DNA of 64,000 bases from NCBI GenBank assembly GCA_035447065.1, contig DAOTGJ010000012.1:18189-82188 (forward strand). The letters run 5' to 3'. The translations under genes were made by a program, and so were the position numbers. The first letter of the stretch is position 1. Every line of letters starts with the position of its first letter. The stretch is from Candidatus Krumholzibacteriia bacterium (GTDB lineage: Bacteria > Krumholzibacteriota > Krumholzibacteriia > LZORAL124-64-63). Under the pieces are notes generated by a model that did not search any database, was not told the origin of the DNA, and saw only the letters and a list, made by a program, of their open reading frames with translations. Positions 6,861 to 15,937 of the stretch are shown piece by piece.

Positions 6861-9089
6861 ATGGTCCCCGCCGACGCCGGGAAGCACGGACGCTCCGCTT
6901 CCCTGATCACCACCGCTGAGCCCACGCGCCCCGACGCCTGGCCGGACGGCACCCTGCTATGGCGCCACGGCGCCTGGCGTTCGTTGACGGGCCATGCCGC
7001 CCAACCTCCCACCTTGGAGGAGGGGCCGCGCGTGCTGCTGGTGGATGCCGCCGACACCGATCCCGAACGCATCGCCGAGCTGCTCCTGGGCCTGGGACTC
7101 CGCCGCGGCGGCCATCTGCCCGTGCTGCTCCATCCCGACTGGTCCGGCGCCCGCCTCACCCGCGTGATGAGCGCCGGCCTGGCCGACGCCCTGATCCTGC
7201 CGGCGTCGCCGGCGGACTGGGACGTCCTGCGCGACCGTCTGGTCACCCGTCTGGACGACGCCCGCGCCCGCCGCACCCTGAGCGAGGAGCAGCGCCGCAC
7301 CACGGACCAGCTCCGTGAGCGTCATCGGGACCTGCAGGACCGCCTCCAGCGCACGGGGGAGGACCTGGCCCAAGCCCATGCGGAACTCACCGGCCACCTG
7401 GATCAGCTCTCGCTGCTGTACCGCTTCGGCCGGGAGCTGAGCAGCGCCCGCAACTGGGACGCCACCCTGGCCAAGCTGCTGGAATCCCTGGCCCGCTTCA
7501 TCGGCGCCGAGGGCGCGGCCCTGGTCCTGCGTCCCGCGGAGGGACGGGCCTACGCGCCGCGGCAGACGTGGCGCTGGGAGGAGTCGGCCTGGGACCGCGT
7601 GCTGCTGCATCTGGAGAAGGAGCATGCCGCGCGCGGCGACCAAGGCGACCGGCTGGACCTCTTCAAGGTCCCGGTGACCGATCCCGGACGCCGCGACCGC
7701 GTGACCGCCCTGCCTCTGGAGCACATGGACCTGAGCTACGGCTTCCTGCTGCTGCTGGGCTTCCCGGCGGAGGCCGCCAGCCCCGAGCGCCGCGCCTTCC
7801 TCAAGGCCGTGCAGGTGATCCTGGCGGAGGAGGTGGCGTCGGCCCAGATGCTGGACCGCATGCGCGAGCTGAGCGTGTTCAACGCCCGCGTGCTGGAGAC
7901 GGTGCAGAGCGGCATCTGGGTGGTGGACGAGAACGCGCGCACCGTGTACTGCAACCGCGTGGCCTGCGAGCTGGCGGCCGGACGCCCCCAGCGTCTGCAG
8001 ATCCCGGCGGAACCCCGGCCCGGCGTGGGCCGCGGCCGCAGCGAGGGCGGCGCCGCCTCCGCCTCCTTCTTCCGCGACGAGGCCTTCAACCGCGCCGAGG
8101 TGCCGGAGCTCTTCCTGGACGGCCTGCTGCGCCTGGACGGGGTGGACAGCCTGCCCTTCGTGACCCTCGCCGGGCGCACCGACGGCTTCATGGGCGAGGG
8201 CACCATCCAGAGCGGCGACGCCTCGCGGCCCGTGCTGGTGCAGGCGTCGGCCATGCGCGGCCGCGGCGACGACGAGCAGTGGCTGGTGGTGGTGGTGGAG
8301 GACCTGAGCGAGTCCAAGAAGCTGGCCGCCGAGCGTCAGCGCGCCGACGGCCTGCAGTCCCTGGTGGAGATGTCGGCCACCTTGGCCCACGAGATCCGCA
8401 ACCCGCTCATGGGCCTCAGCGCCCAGGCGGAGCTGCTGGCCGACCACCTGGCCGCCGACGACCCGCGCCGCCGCTACATCGACGTGATCACCGACGAGGT
8501 GGAGCGCATCGACGAGACCATCCGGCGCATGCTCCAGTACGTGCGCCCCATCGAGGCCCGTCCCGAGGACGTGGACCTGGTGCGCCTGCTGGACGACTGC
8601 GCCCGCCTGGCCGCTCCCCGCGCCGACGCCGCCGACGTGCGCCTGGTGGTCAACGTGTCGCCGTCCACGCGGCGCTGGCGCTGCGACCCCGGCCAGATCA
8701 AGCAGGTGGTGCTGAACCTGGTCTTCAACGCCGTGGACGCGTCGCCCCCGGGCGGGGAGGTGCGCCTGGAGGCGCGCCCCGGCCGCGCCCTGGAGATCCT
8801 GGATCCCGCCACCGGCTGGCGCCGCCGCCGGCCCGGCCTGCGCCTGACCGTCCGCGACCACGGCCGCGGGTTCGGCAGCCATGACCCCGAGAGCCTGTTC
8901 CGTCCCTTCGTCACCACCAAGACGGCGGGCACGGGCCTGGGCCTGTCCATCAGCCGCAAGATCGTCGAAGCCCATGGAGGCAACGTGAAGGCCGAGCGCC
9001 TGGCCGGAGAGACCCTGTTCTCCGTCCTGCTGCCCGCGCCGGATGCGGACGCCACCGGTCCCAGCGAACAGAGAGAGGAACGAGCATGA
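6861..9089 (+). CDS. sensor histidine kinase (FlrB/FleS-like) with N-terminal receiver-like region and PAS-like segment
   Basis: HisKA H-box (LAHEIRNPLMGLSAQAELL) and HATPase_c (VRDHGRGFG...TGLGLSISRKIVEAHGG). Its stop overlaps the start of the sigma54 regulator (ATGA). Start is uncertain: an alternative GTG at 7032 has a GGAGGAGG Shine-Dalgarno. Confidence 0.75.
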   Translation: MVPADAGKHGRSASLITTAEPTRPDAWPDGTLLWRHGAWRSLTGHAAQPPTLEEGPRVLLVDAADTDPERIAELLLGLGLRRGGHLPVLLHPDWSGARLTRVMSAGLADALILPASPADWDVLRDRLVTRLDDARARRTLSEEQRRTTDQLRERHRDLQDRLQRTGEDLAQAHAELTGHLDQLSLLYRFGRELSSARNWDATLAKLLESLARFIGAEGAALVLRPAEGRAYAPRQTWRWEESAWDRVLLHLEKEHAARGDQGDRLDLFKVPVTDPGRRDRVTALPLEHMDLSYGFLLLLGFPAEAASPERRAFLKAVQVILAEEVASAQMLDRMRELSVFNARVLETVQSGIWVVDENARTVYCNRVACELAAGRPQRLQIPAEPRPGVGRGRSEGGAASASFFRDEAFNRAEVPELFLDGLLRLDGVDSLPFVTLAGRTDGFMGEGTIQSGDASRPVLVQASAMRGRGDDEQWLVVVVEDLSESKKLAAERQRADGLQSLVEMSATLAHEIRNPLMGLSAQAELLADHLAADDPRRRYIDVITDEVERIDETIRRMLQYVRPIEARPEDVDLVRLLDDCARLAAPRADAADVRLVVNVSPSTRRWRCDPGQIKQVVLNLVFNAVDASPPGGEVRLEARPGRALEILDPATGWRRRRPGLRLTVRDHGRGFGSHDPESLFRPFVTTKTAGTGLGLSISRKIVEAHGGNVKAERLAGETLFSVLLPAPDADATGPSEQREERA

Positions 9090-10510
9090 GCGAACGCATC
9101 CTGATCGTGGACGACGAGGCGGCCATCCGCCAGTCCCTGGAGGAGGCCCTGCGCCTGGACGGCTACGAGGCCGAGGCGGCGGAGACCGGCGAGCAGGCCC
9201 TGGCCATGCTCCACAACGGTTCGTACGACCTGGTGGTCACGGATCTGAAGATGCCCGGCGTGAGCGGCCTGGAGCTGCTCACCGCCCTGCGCAACCAGGG
9301 CCGCGAGACCCCGGTGATCATGATGACGGCCTACGGCGACGTGGAGACCGCCGTGGAGAGCATGCGCCTGGGCGCCTACGACTTCATCCAGAAGCCCTTC
9401 AAGCTCAGCGCCATGCGCGGCCAGGTGCGCGCCGCCCTGCGCGCCACCCGCGCCGCGGCGCCGGCGGAGGAAGCGGACGCTCCCGTGGCCGCGCCGACGC
9501 CGCGCCGCAAGGCCGCCCGCACCGAGCCCGGCGCCGGCGCCGCGCCGTACATGGACATGATCCGCGCCTGCCCGGGCCTGGCGCCCATCGCGGACCTGCT
9601 GGAGAAGGTGGGCGCCAGCCGCGCCGGCAACGACACGTCCGTGCTCATCCGCGGCGAGAGCGGCAGCGGCAAGGAGGTGGTGGCCCGCGCCATCCACGAG
9701 GCCAGCGGCGACCCCGCCACGCCGTTCATGGAGATCAACTGCGCCGCGGTGCCGGAGACCCTGCTCGAGAGCGAGCTCATGGGCCACGAGAAGGGCGCCT
9801 TCACCGACGCCAAGGCCCGCAAGGAGGGCCTGTTTGAGATGGCCGGCGGCGGCACCATCTTCCTGGACGAGATCGGGGAGATGGGCGTGCTGCTGCAGAG
9901 CCGCCTGCTGCGCGTGATCGAGAACCGCCGCTTCCGCCGCGTGGGCGGCAAGGACGAGCTCACGGTCAACGCCCGCATCGTGGCGGCCACCAACCGCGAG
10001 CTGGAGAGCGCCATCAACGAGGGCCTCTTCCGCAACGACCTCTACTACCGCCTCCAGGTGGTGGAGGTGAACATCCCGCCCCTGCGCGAGCGGCCCGACG
10101 ACGTGGGCGTGCTGCTCAACGCCTTCATCCAGGAGTTCAACCAGAAGCTGGGCCTGCGCACCGCGCCGGCGTCGGCGGAGCTGGTGGAGACCCTGCGCCG
10201 CTACCCCTGGCCCGGCAACGTGCGCGAGATGCGCAACGTGCTCAAGCGCATCATGATCCTGGAGGAGCCCGCGGTGCTCACCGCCGCGCACTTCCCGCGC
10301 CACATCGCCGAGGGCCGCGATCCGCGCACGGGGTCCGACACCGCCGCCGGCTTCCAGCTGGAGCCCCTGGCCGACACGGAGCGCCGCCAGATCCTGGAGA
10401 CCCTCAACAAGACGGACAACAACAAGTCCAAGGCCGCGCGGATCCTGGGCATCTCCCGGCAGACGCTGCGGGAGAAGCTGAAGCTCTACGGGCAGGCCGC
10501 CGAGGACTAG
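9086..10510 (+). CDS. sigma54-dependent two-component response regulator (NtrC family; FlrC/FleR-like)
   Basis: REC domain with LIVDDE...DLVVTDLKMPGVSG. AAA+ domain with GESGSGKE Walker A and GAFTDA motif. C-terminal Fis-type HTH (KSKAARILGISRQTLREKLK). Confidence 0.85.
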   Translation: MSERILIVDDEAAIRQSLEEALRLDGYEAEAAETGEQALAMLHNGSYDLVVTDLKMPGVSGLELLTALRNQGRETPVIMMTAYGDVETAVESMRLGAYDFIQKPFKLSAMRGQVRAALRATRAAAPAEEADAPVAAPTPRRKAARTEPGAGAAPYMDMIRACPGLAPIADLLEKVGASRAGNDTSVLIRGESGSGKEVVARAIHEASGDPATPFMEINCAAVPETLLESELMGHEKGAFTDAKARKEGLFEMAGGGTIFLDEIGEMGVLLQSRLLRVIENRRFRRVGGKDELTVNARIVAATNRELESAINEGLFRNDLYYRLQVVEVNIPPLRERPDDVGVLLNAFIQEFNQKLGLRTAPASAELVETLRRYPWPGNVREMRNVLKRIMILEEPAVLTAAHFPRHIAEGRDPRTGSDTAAGFQLEPLADTERRQILETLNKTDNNKSKAARILGISRQTLREKLKLYGQAAED

Positions 10511-10540
10511 GCCGCGGCCACGCGCCGAGCCCCCGTGGAC

Positions 10541-10556
10541 GAGGCATGGGGATTGC
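10541..10556 (+). promoter_or_regulatory. sigma54 promoter candidate upstream of the secreted TPR-like / FlgN-like gene pair
   Basis: AGGCATGGGGATTGCG has GG (-24) and GC (-12) spaced 12 nt apart, with GGCA and TTGC cores. A perfect inverted repeat GATCGAA-cggc-TTCGATC (10566-10583) lies at the predicted transcription start. Confidence 0.5.
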
Positions 10557-10601
10557 GATTCCGGGGATCGAACGGCTTCGATCGCACCGGAAAGGAATCC
10601 C

Positions 10602-11681
10602 ATGTCCCGTCGACACTTGCGCCGCTGCTGGAGGACGGCCGCCCTCGCGGTCCTGCTCCTGGTCGCCGGCGGCGTGAACGAACTCCATGCGGCGCCCACC
10701 CTCAAGCGGTCGGATTTCTACCGCTACCGCGTGTGGGTGGACGCCCGCGCCGCCCAGCCCGACACCGCGCCCACGGCGCTGTTCCCCGCCGGCGAGGCCG
10801 CGGACGCCGACGGCGCGCCGTCGCTGGCGCCCGACCGCCTGGACACGGCGGCGCGCTCCCTGATCACCCTCGAGGACATGCTGGTTCGCAACTGGACCGA
10901 GGCCCGCAAGGCCACGGCCGAGGACTGCCTGGACGCCGCCCGTTCCTACCGCGATCTGGGCGAGCACGGCGCCGCGCTGACCTGGTACCGCCGCTCGGCC
11001 CAGGCCCGCGGCCTGGGCTCGGCCCTGCCCGCGGACATTCGACGCGAGATGTTCAGCAGCGCCGTGATGACCGGAGACTCCCTCCAGGTCACCGTGGAGG
11101 TGCTGAACCTGGTGGGCCTGCCGGAGCTGCGCCCGGTGGTGGACACCGTGGAGCTGGCCTTCCGCTGGCTGGTGGTCCACGACGGCGCCGCCAACCTGGA
11201 CCTGTTCATGCAGAAGGTGGACGGCCAGCTGGAGCTCCTGGGCCCCCGCGTGCGCTTCTGGGCGGCCTACGTGCACGCCATGCGCGGCGAGCGCCACGCG
11301 GCCCTGGCCCAGCTCCTGCGCCTGGTGGGCGACGCCGCGTCTCCCGCCGCCCTCACGCCCGCCCAGTCGGACTGGGTGCTGCGCACCGTTCCCGATCTGC
11401 TCTACCTGCTGGACCGCCGCGACGACGCCCTGCGCCTCTACGCCACCCTGGCCGAGGGCCGGGGCGAGGGCGCCGTGTGGGCGCGTTACCAGGTGGCCAA
11501 CCAGCATCTCCTGGCCGGCGACTACGAGCGCGCCCGGCCTCTCTTCGACGAGGTCTGCGACGCCCAGGCCGTGGGCACGTGGCGCGCCCGCGCCTGCGCG
11601 CTTGCCGGCCTGGTGGGACGTCTCGCGGCCGTGCGGGAAGGAGGCGAATCCTATGGCATCGACGGGATCCATGGGCGCTGA
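10602..11681 (+). CDS. hypothetical secreted protein, TPR-like helical repeats
   Basis: ATG with AAAGGAA Shine-Dalgarno. N-terminal signal peptide (RRCWRTAALAVLLLVAGGVNELHA). High GC at third codon positions. Alpha-helical repeat-like composition. Preceded by a sigma54-type promoter. Confidence 0.5.
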   Translation: MSRRHLRRCWRTAALAVLLLVAGGVNELHAAPTLKRSDFYRYRVWVDARAAQPDTAPTALFPAGEAADADGAPSLAPDRLDTAARSLITLEDMLVRNWTEARKATAEDCLDAARSYRDLGEHGAALTWYRRSAQARGLGSALPADIRREMFSSAVMTGDSLQVTVEVLNLVGLPELRPVVDTVELAFRWLVVHDGAANLDLFMQKVDGQLELLGPRVRFWAAYVHAMRGERHAALAQLLRLVGDAASPAALTPAQSDWVLRTVPDLLYLLDRRDDALRLYATLAEGRGEGAVWARYQVANQHLLAGDYERARPLFDEVCDAQAVGTWRARACALAGLVGRLAAVREGGESYGIDGIHGR

Positions 11682-12042
11682 GCGCCCCGATGAGGCCACC
11701 CTGGCCCGCCTGGTGGACCTCTACGAGCGCGAACGGCGCATGTACGCCGAGATCCTGGACCTCTCGCGCCGGCAGGGCCGCGCCATCCGCGACGGCCGGC
11801 CCCTGGAGGAGATCCGCGGCCTGCTGGAGCGCAAGCGGCTGATGCTGGACATGATCGTCCACATGGAGACCAGCCACTTCGAAGCGCGCAAGGGCTGGGA
11901 GATGCACCGCCACCGCCTGACCGGGGATCTGGCGGCGCGCATGCAGACGGTGCTGGGCGCCGTGGCCGGTCTGCTGGAGGAGATCCTGGCCCTGGAGGCC
12001 GAGAACGACCGGCTCTTCCTGAGCTTCGCCGAGGGAGCCTGA
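11654..12042 (+). CDS. small helical protein, possibly a FlgN-like flagellar chaperone
   Basis: ATG 11654 with GGAGG Shine-Dalgarno, overlapping the end of the previous gene. About 129 aa, helical and charged (LARLVDLYERERRMYAEILDLSRRQ...), with weak FlgN-like pattern. Lies directly upstream of flgB. Confidence 0.3.
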
Positions 12043-12054
12043 CCCGCGCCGTTC

Positions 12055-12070
12055 CGGCACGGGTCTTGAT
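12055..12070 (+). promoter_or_regulatory. imperfect sigma54-like element upstream of flgB
   Basis: CGGCACGGGTCTTGAT matches GGCAC at -24, but the -12 reads TTGA rather than TTGC. Confidence 0.25.
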
Positions 12071-12120
12071 AAGGGACTGCCGACCGCGGCGACGGGCCGC
12101 GGCGGAAACGGAGAACCGCC

Positions 12121-12531
12121 TTGGACCGCACGCTCTTCGACAGGGCCAACCTGGACCACCTCAAGAAGGCGCTCACGGTGTACGCGCGCAGGCAGCGCGT
12201 GACGTCGGAGAACATCGCCAACGTGGAGACGCGGGGGTACCAGGCCCAGGAGTACAGGTTCGAGGACATGCTGCGGCGGGCCCAGGGCAACCACCTGCAG
12301 GGCCTGAGCACGTCCGAGGGGCATCTGCCCGTGGGACGGCGGGGAATCGCGGATACCGACGGCGAGATCCGCGGCCAGGACACCGGCTTCGACAACGGCG
12401 TGAACGACGTGAACATCGACTCCGAGATGACCGACCTGGCCACCACGGAGCTCTCGTACCGGCTGGCCACCCGCGTCCTGAGCATGAAGTACAGCCTGCT
12501 GCGTTCGGCCGTGGCCGGACGCGTGCGCTAG
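12121..12531 (+). CDS. flgB: flagellar basal-body rod protein FlgB
   Basis: TTG start with GGAG Shine-Dalgarno. ENIANVETRGYQA motif aligns with FlgB from residue 1. Confidence 0.85.
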   Translation: MDRTLFDRANLDHLKKALTVYARRQRVTSENIANVETRGYQAQEYRFEDMLRRAQGNHLQGLSTSEGHLPVGRRGIADTDGEIRGQDTGFDNGVNDVNIDSEMTDLATTELSYRLATRVLSMKYSLLRSAVAGRVR

Positions 12532-12543
12532 GAGGAATGACCC

Positions 12544-13053
12544 ATGAGCGACGGACTCTTCAGCTCCATCCGCCTGAGCAGCACCGGCCTGGCCGGGCAG
12601 CGCACGAAAATGGACACGATCGCCAAGAATCTGGCCAACGCCGAGACCACGCGCACCAAGGAGGGCACGCCGTACCGGCGCGAGCGCGTGGTCTTCGAGC
12701 AGGCCGAGACCCAGAAGCCCCGGCTCACCGCTCTCAACCGCGGCCAGACCGAGCGGCCCAGCCCCCTGCGCACCACCGACGACCGCCACATCCAGGCCGG
12801 CCGCAACTCCGGCCGCTACGAGCTGCCCCAGGGCGTGGACACCGAGGTGTCCCTGGCGCCCGACGCCTCGGAGTTCAAGGTGGTCTACGACCCGGGCCAC
12901 CCCGACGCCGACGCCGAGGGCTACGTGCTGATGCCCAACGTGAACCCCATCACCGAGATGGTGGACATGATCACCGCCAGCCGCGCCTACGAGGCCAACA
13001 TCCAGGCCGTGCAGACGGCCAAGCAGATGTTCGCCAAGGCCCTGAACATCTAG
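12544..13053 (+). CDS. flgC: flagellar basal-body rod protein FlgC
   Basis: MSDGLFSSIRLSSTGLAGQRTKMDTIAKNLANAETT at the N-terminus and C-terminal EMVDMITASRAYEANIQAV are canonical FlgC. Confidence 0.9.
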   Translation: MSDGLFSSIRLSSTGLAGQRTKMDTIAKNLANAETTRTKEGTPYRRERVVFEQAETQKPRLTALNRGQTERPSPLRTTDDRHIQAGRNSGRYELPQGVDTEVSLAPDASEFKVVYDPGHPDADAEGYVLMPNVNPITEMVDMITASRAYEANIQAVQTAKQMFAKALNI

Positions 13054-13069
13054 AAGGGGGACGGGGAGC

Positions 13070-13372
13070 ATGGCCATCAACGGGATCCGATCGATCGGCG
13101 TCGCCGATCCCCGGCGGCTCTACGGAGGGGCGGGCGCCGAGGGCGTCCAGAACGGCGGCTTCGCCCAGCACCTGCAGCAGGCCATGGGCCGGGTCGACGC
13201 GGCCCAGACCAACCGCGATCAGATGGTCGAAGGGATGGTCATGGGCGAGGTGGGCGAGGTCCACGACGTGATGATCGCCGCGGAGGAGGCTCAGCTCTCC
13301 CTGGAGCTGATGATCGAGGTCCGCAACAAGCTGCTGGAAGGCTACCAGTCCATCATGGCCATGCAGGTCTAG
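13070..13372 (+). CDS. fliE: flagellar hook-basal body protein FliE
   Basis: 100 aa. C-terminal MIAAEEAQLSLELMIEVRNKLLEGYQSIMAMQV is the FliE signature. Confidence 0.8.
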   Translation: MAINGIRSIGVADPRRLYGGAGAEGVQNGGFAQHLQQAMGRVDAAQTNRDQMVEGMVMGEVGEVHDVMIAAEEAQLSLELMIEVRNKLLEGYQSIMAMQV

Positions 13373-13406
13373 CGCGCGGCGCTGACCCGAACCCCGACGG
13401 AGCGAC

Positions 13407-14915
13407 ATGAGGCAACTGCTGGACAGGCTCAACTCCTTCACCGCCCGCTTCACCTTCAACCAGAAGGTGCTGATGGGGGCGATCCTGGGCACCGCGGTGC
13501 TCAGCGTGGTCATCTTCAGCTTCTGGCTGCAGAACGAGGAGATGGCCGTGCTCTTCACCGGCCTCGCGCCCGAGGACGCCAGCCTGGCCCTGGACGAGCT
13601 GGCCAAGCTGGGCGTGGAGGCGGAGCTGGAGAACGGCGGCACCACCATCAAGGTGCCCGAGAGCGACGTGCACCGCATGCGCGTGGAGCTCTCGGCCCAG
13701 GGCATCCCCAGCAAGGGGATCGTGGGCTGGGGCATCTTCGACGGCCAGCAGTACGGCATGACCGAGTTCATGCAGAACGTGAACTTCAAGCGCGCCCTGG
13801 AGGGCGAGCTGACCAAGACCATCGAGAGCATCCAGGGCATCCAGTCGGCGCGCGTGCACCTGGTGCTGCCCAAGCCGAGCATCTTCAAGAAGATCCAGGA
13901 GCCCGCCACCGCGTCGGTGGTGCTGAACCTGGGGCGCGGCACGGTGCTGGGCGAGCGCCGCATCGCCGGCATCCAGGCCCTGGTGGCCGGCAGCGTGGAG
14001 GGGCTGGAGGTGCCGGACGTGTCGGTGCTGGACCAGTTCGGCGTGGTGCTGTCGCAGAACTACCAGGAAGGCCTGGCCGGCCAGTCCGAGACCCAGCTCA
14101 GCCTCAAGAAGAACGTGGACTCCTACCTGAGCGAGAAGGCCCAGGGCATGCTGGCCCGCGTGCTGGGGCCGGGCCGCTCCGTGGTGCAGGTGGACGCCAC
14201 CCTGAACTTCGACCGCCTGGAGCAGAGCCGCGAGACCGTGGACCCCAACAGCAGCGTGGTGCTCAGCGAGGAGCGCAACGAGGTGACCGGGGCCGAGGGC
14301 GAGGGCGGCGAGGAGCAGAGCACCACCAACTACGTGTTCAGCAAGGTGGTGGAGAACGTGGCCAGCGAGGTGGGCGGCGTGTCCAGCCTCTCGGTGGCCG
14401 TGTTCGTGGACGGCCGCTATGAGGCCCAGGAGGGCGGCGAGGCCGCGTACTCGCCCCTGGCCGAGGACGAGCTGCAGCAGATCCAGCGCATCGTGCAGAC
14501 GGCCGTGGGCTACAACCCGGACCGCGGCGACCGCATCGAGGTGGTCAACATGCAGTTCCAGACCCCCGCGCCGGACTACGAGGAGCAGGGCGGCGGGCTG
14601 CTGGACTCGCCCCTGATGGAGACGCTGCCGTCGCTGGTGGGCCGCATCGTGCTCTTCGTGGTGGCCGGCGTGCTGCTGCTGCGCCTGAAGGGCAACCTCT
14701 CGGATCTGATGGAGAGCGACTACGAGCCCGTGCCCCTGGGCGGCGGCTCCGGCGTGCGCGTGCCGTCCCAGAGCGGCCTGTTGGACCTGGACGAGAGCAC
14801 CATGACCACGGAGGCCATGGTGGATGAGATCAAGAACTTCGCCGACGGCAACATCGACGACGTGGCCGACCTGGTCCAGGCCTGGGTCAGCGAAGCCGAA
14901 CTGAGCAGGAGCTAG
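13407..14915 (+). CDS. fliF: flagellar MS-ring protein FliF
   Basis: 502 aa. N-terminal TM segment and conserved MS-ring region (GIPSKG...GWGIFDGQQYGMTEF...ARVHLVLPKPSIF). Confidence 0.9.
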   Translation: MRQLLDRLNSFTARFTFNQKVLMGAILGTAVLSVVIFSFWLQNEEMAVLFTGLAPEDASLALDELAKLGVEAELENGGTTIKVPESDVHRMRVELSAQGIPSKGIVGWGIFDGQQYGMTEFMQNVNFKRALEGELTKTIESIQGIQSARVHLVLPKPSIFKKIQEPATASVVLNLGRGTVLGERRIAGIQALVAGSVEGLEVPDVSVLDQFGVVLSQNYQEGLAGQSETQLSLKKNVDSYLSEKAQGMLARVLGPGRSVVQVDATLNFDRLEQSRETVDPNSSVVLSEERNEVTGAEGEGGEEQSTTNYVFSKVVENVASEVGGVSSLSVAVFVDGRYEAQEGGEAAYSPLAEDELQQIQRIVQTAVGYNPDRGDRIEVVNMQFQTPAPDYEEQGGGLLDSPLMETLPSLVGRIVLFVVAGVLLLRLKGNLSDLMESDYEPVPLGGGSGVRVPSQSGLLDLDESTMTTEAMVDEIKNFADGNIDDVADLVQAWVSEAELSRS

Positions 14916-14926
14916 CGGAGCAAGCG

Positions 14927-15937
14927 ATGGCCAAGAAGACCGACCCCGCCGTCCGCAAGATCGCCGTCCTGATGGTGGCCCTGGGCCCCAAGGTGGCCGG
15001 CAAGATCATGAAGAAGCTCCCGGAGGAGCTGATCGAGGCCATCACCTCGGAGATCTCCGAGCTGCGCCTGATCCCCGCCGGCGAGAAGCGCGACGCCCTG
15101 ATGGATTTCGTGCGCATGCGCAAGAGCGCCTCGGGCTTCGAGTTCGGCGGCGAGGAATCCGCCAAGGAGATCCTGGAGGAGGCCCTGGGCCGCCGCCAGG
15201 CCGACTCGATCATCAACCGCGCCACCGGCTTCAGCAACATGAGCGGGTTCGAGAACCTGAAGAAGGTGGACCACCTCACCGTGGTCAACTACCTGAAGAA
15301 CGAGCACCCGCAGACCATCGCCCTGGTGCTGGCCCATGTGGACCCGCGCTTCAGCGGGCCGCTGATGGCCCAGCTGCCGCCGTCCATGCAGGGCCAGGTG
15401 GCCCACAAGATCGCCACCCTGGACAAGCCCAACAAGGAAGCCCTGAAGGTGGTGGAGGAAGTGGTCAGCTCCATGGTCCAGGGCGAGTTCCAGGAGGAGC
15501 GGCGCAAGTACGGCGGCAAGAAGCAGGTGGCCGACATCCTCAACGAGATCGAGCAGGAGTCGTGGCTGGAGATCATCGACGACATGCGCGACATCGACGA
15601 CGAGTGCGCCACCGAGGTCAAGAACCTCATGTTCGTCTTCGAGGACCTGGCCACCCTGGACGACATCTACATCCAGGAGATCCTCAAGGAGGTCAAGGGC
15701 AAGGACCTGGGCCTGGCCCTCAAGGGCGCGCCGGAGAACATCCAGGCGAAGATCTTCGCCAACCTGTCCAAGCGCGCGGGCGAAGGCATCCGCGAGGACA
15801 TGGAGTACATGGGCCCGGTGCCCATCGCGGAGGTGGAGGACGCCCAGAGCAAGGTGGTGGGCGTGGTCCGCAAGCTCATGGACAACGGCGTGATCACCAT
15901 CGGCAAGGGGGGCGGCGGTGCTCAAATGGTCACTTGA
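14927..15937 (+). CDS. fliG: flagellar motor switch protein FliG
   Basis: 336 aa. KIAVLMVALGPKVAGKIMKKLPEELIEAIT... and the C-terminal torque-helix region are typical FliG. Confidence 0.9.
   Translation: MAKKTDPAVRKIAVLMVALGPKVAGKIMKKLPEELIEAITSEISELRLIPAGEKRDALMDFVRMRKSASGFEFGGEESAKEILEEALGRRQADSIINRATGFSNMSGFENLKKVDHLTVVNYLKNEHPQTIALVLAHVDPRFSGPLMAQLPPSMQGQVAHKIATLDKPNKEALKVVEEVVSSMVQGEFQEERRKYGGKKQVADILNEIEQESWLEIIDDMRDIDDECATEVKNLMFVFEDLATLDDIYIQEILKEVKGKDLGLALKGAPENIQAKIFANLSKRAGEGIREDMEYMGPVPIAEVEDAQSKVVGVVRKLMDNGVITIGKGGGGAQMVT

Noticed and set aside
10535-11842. 435-aa plus-strand ORF in an alternative frame overlapping the TPR-like gene. Similar alternative-frame ORFs occur at 7568-8884, 21029-23794, 41479-43155, 53305-56178 and 46339-47577.
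   Set aside because: Arg/Gly/Pro-rich translations typical of off-frame reading of GC-rich genes. The overlapping frames have recognisable domains and proper codon bias.
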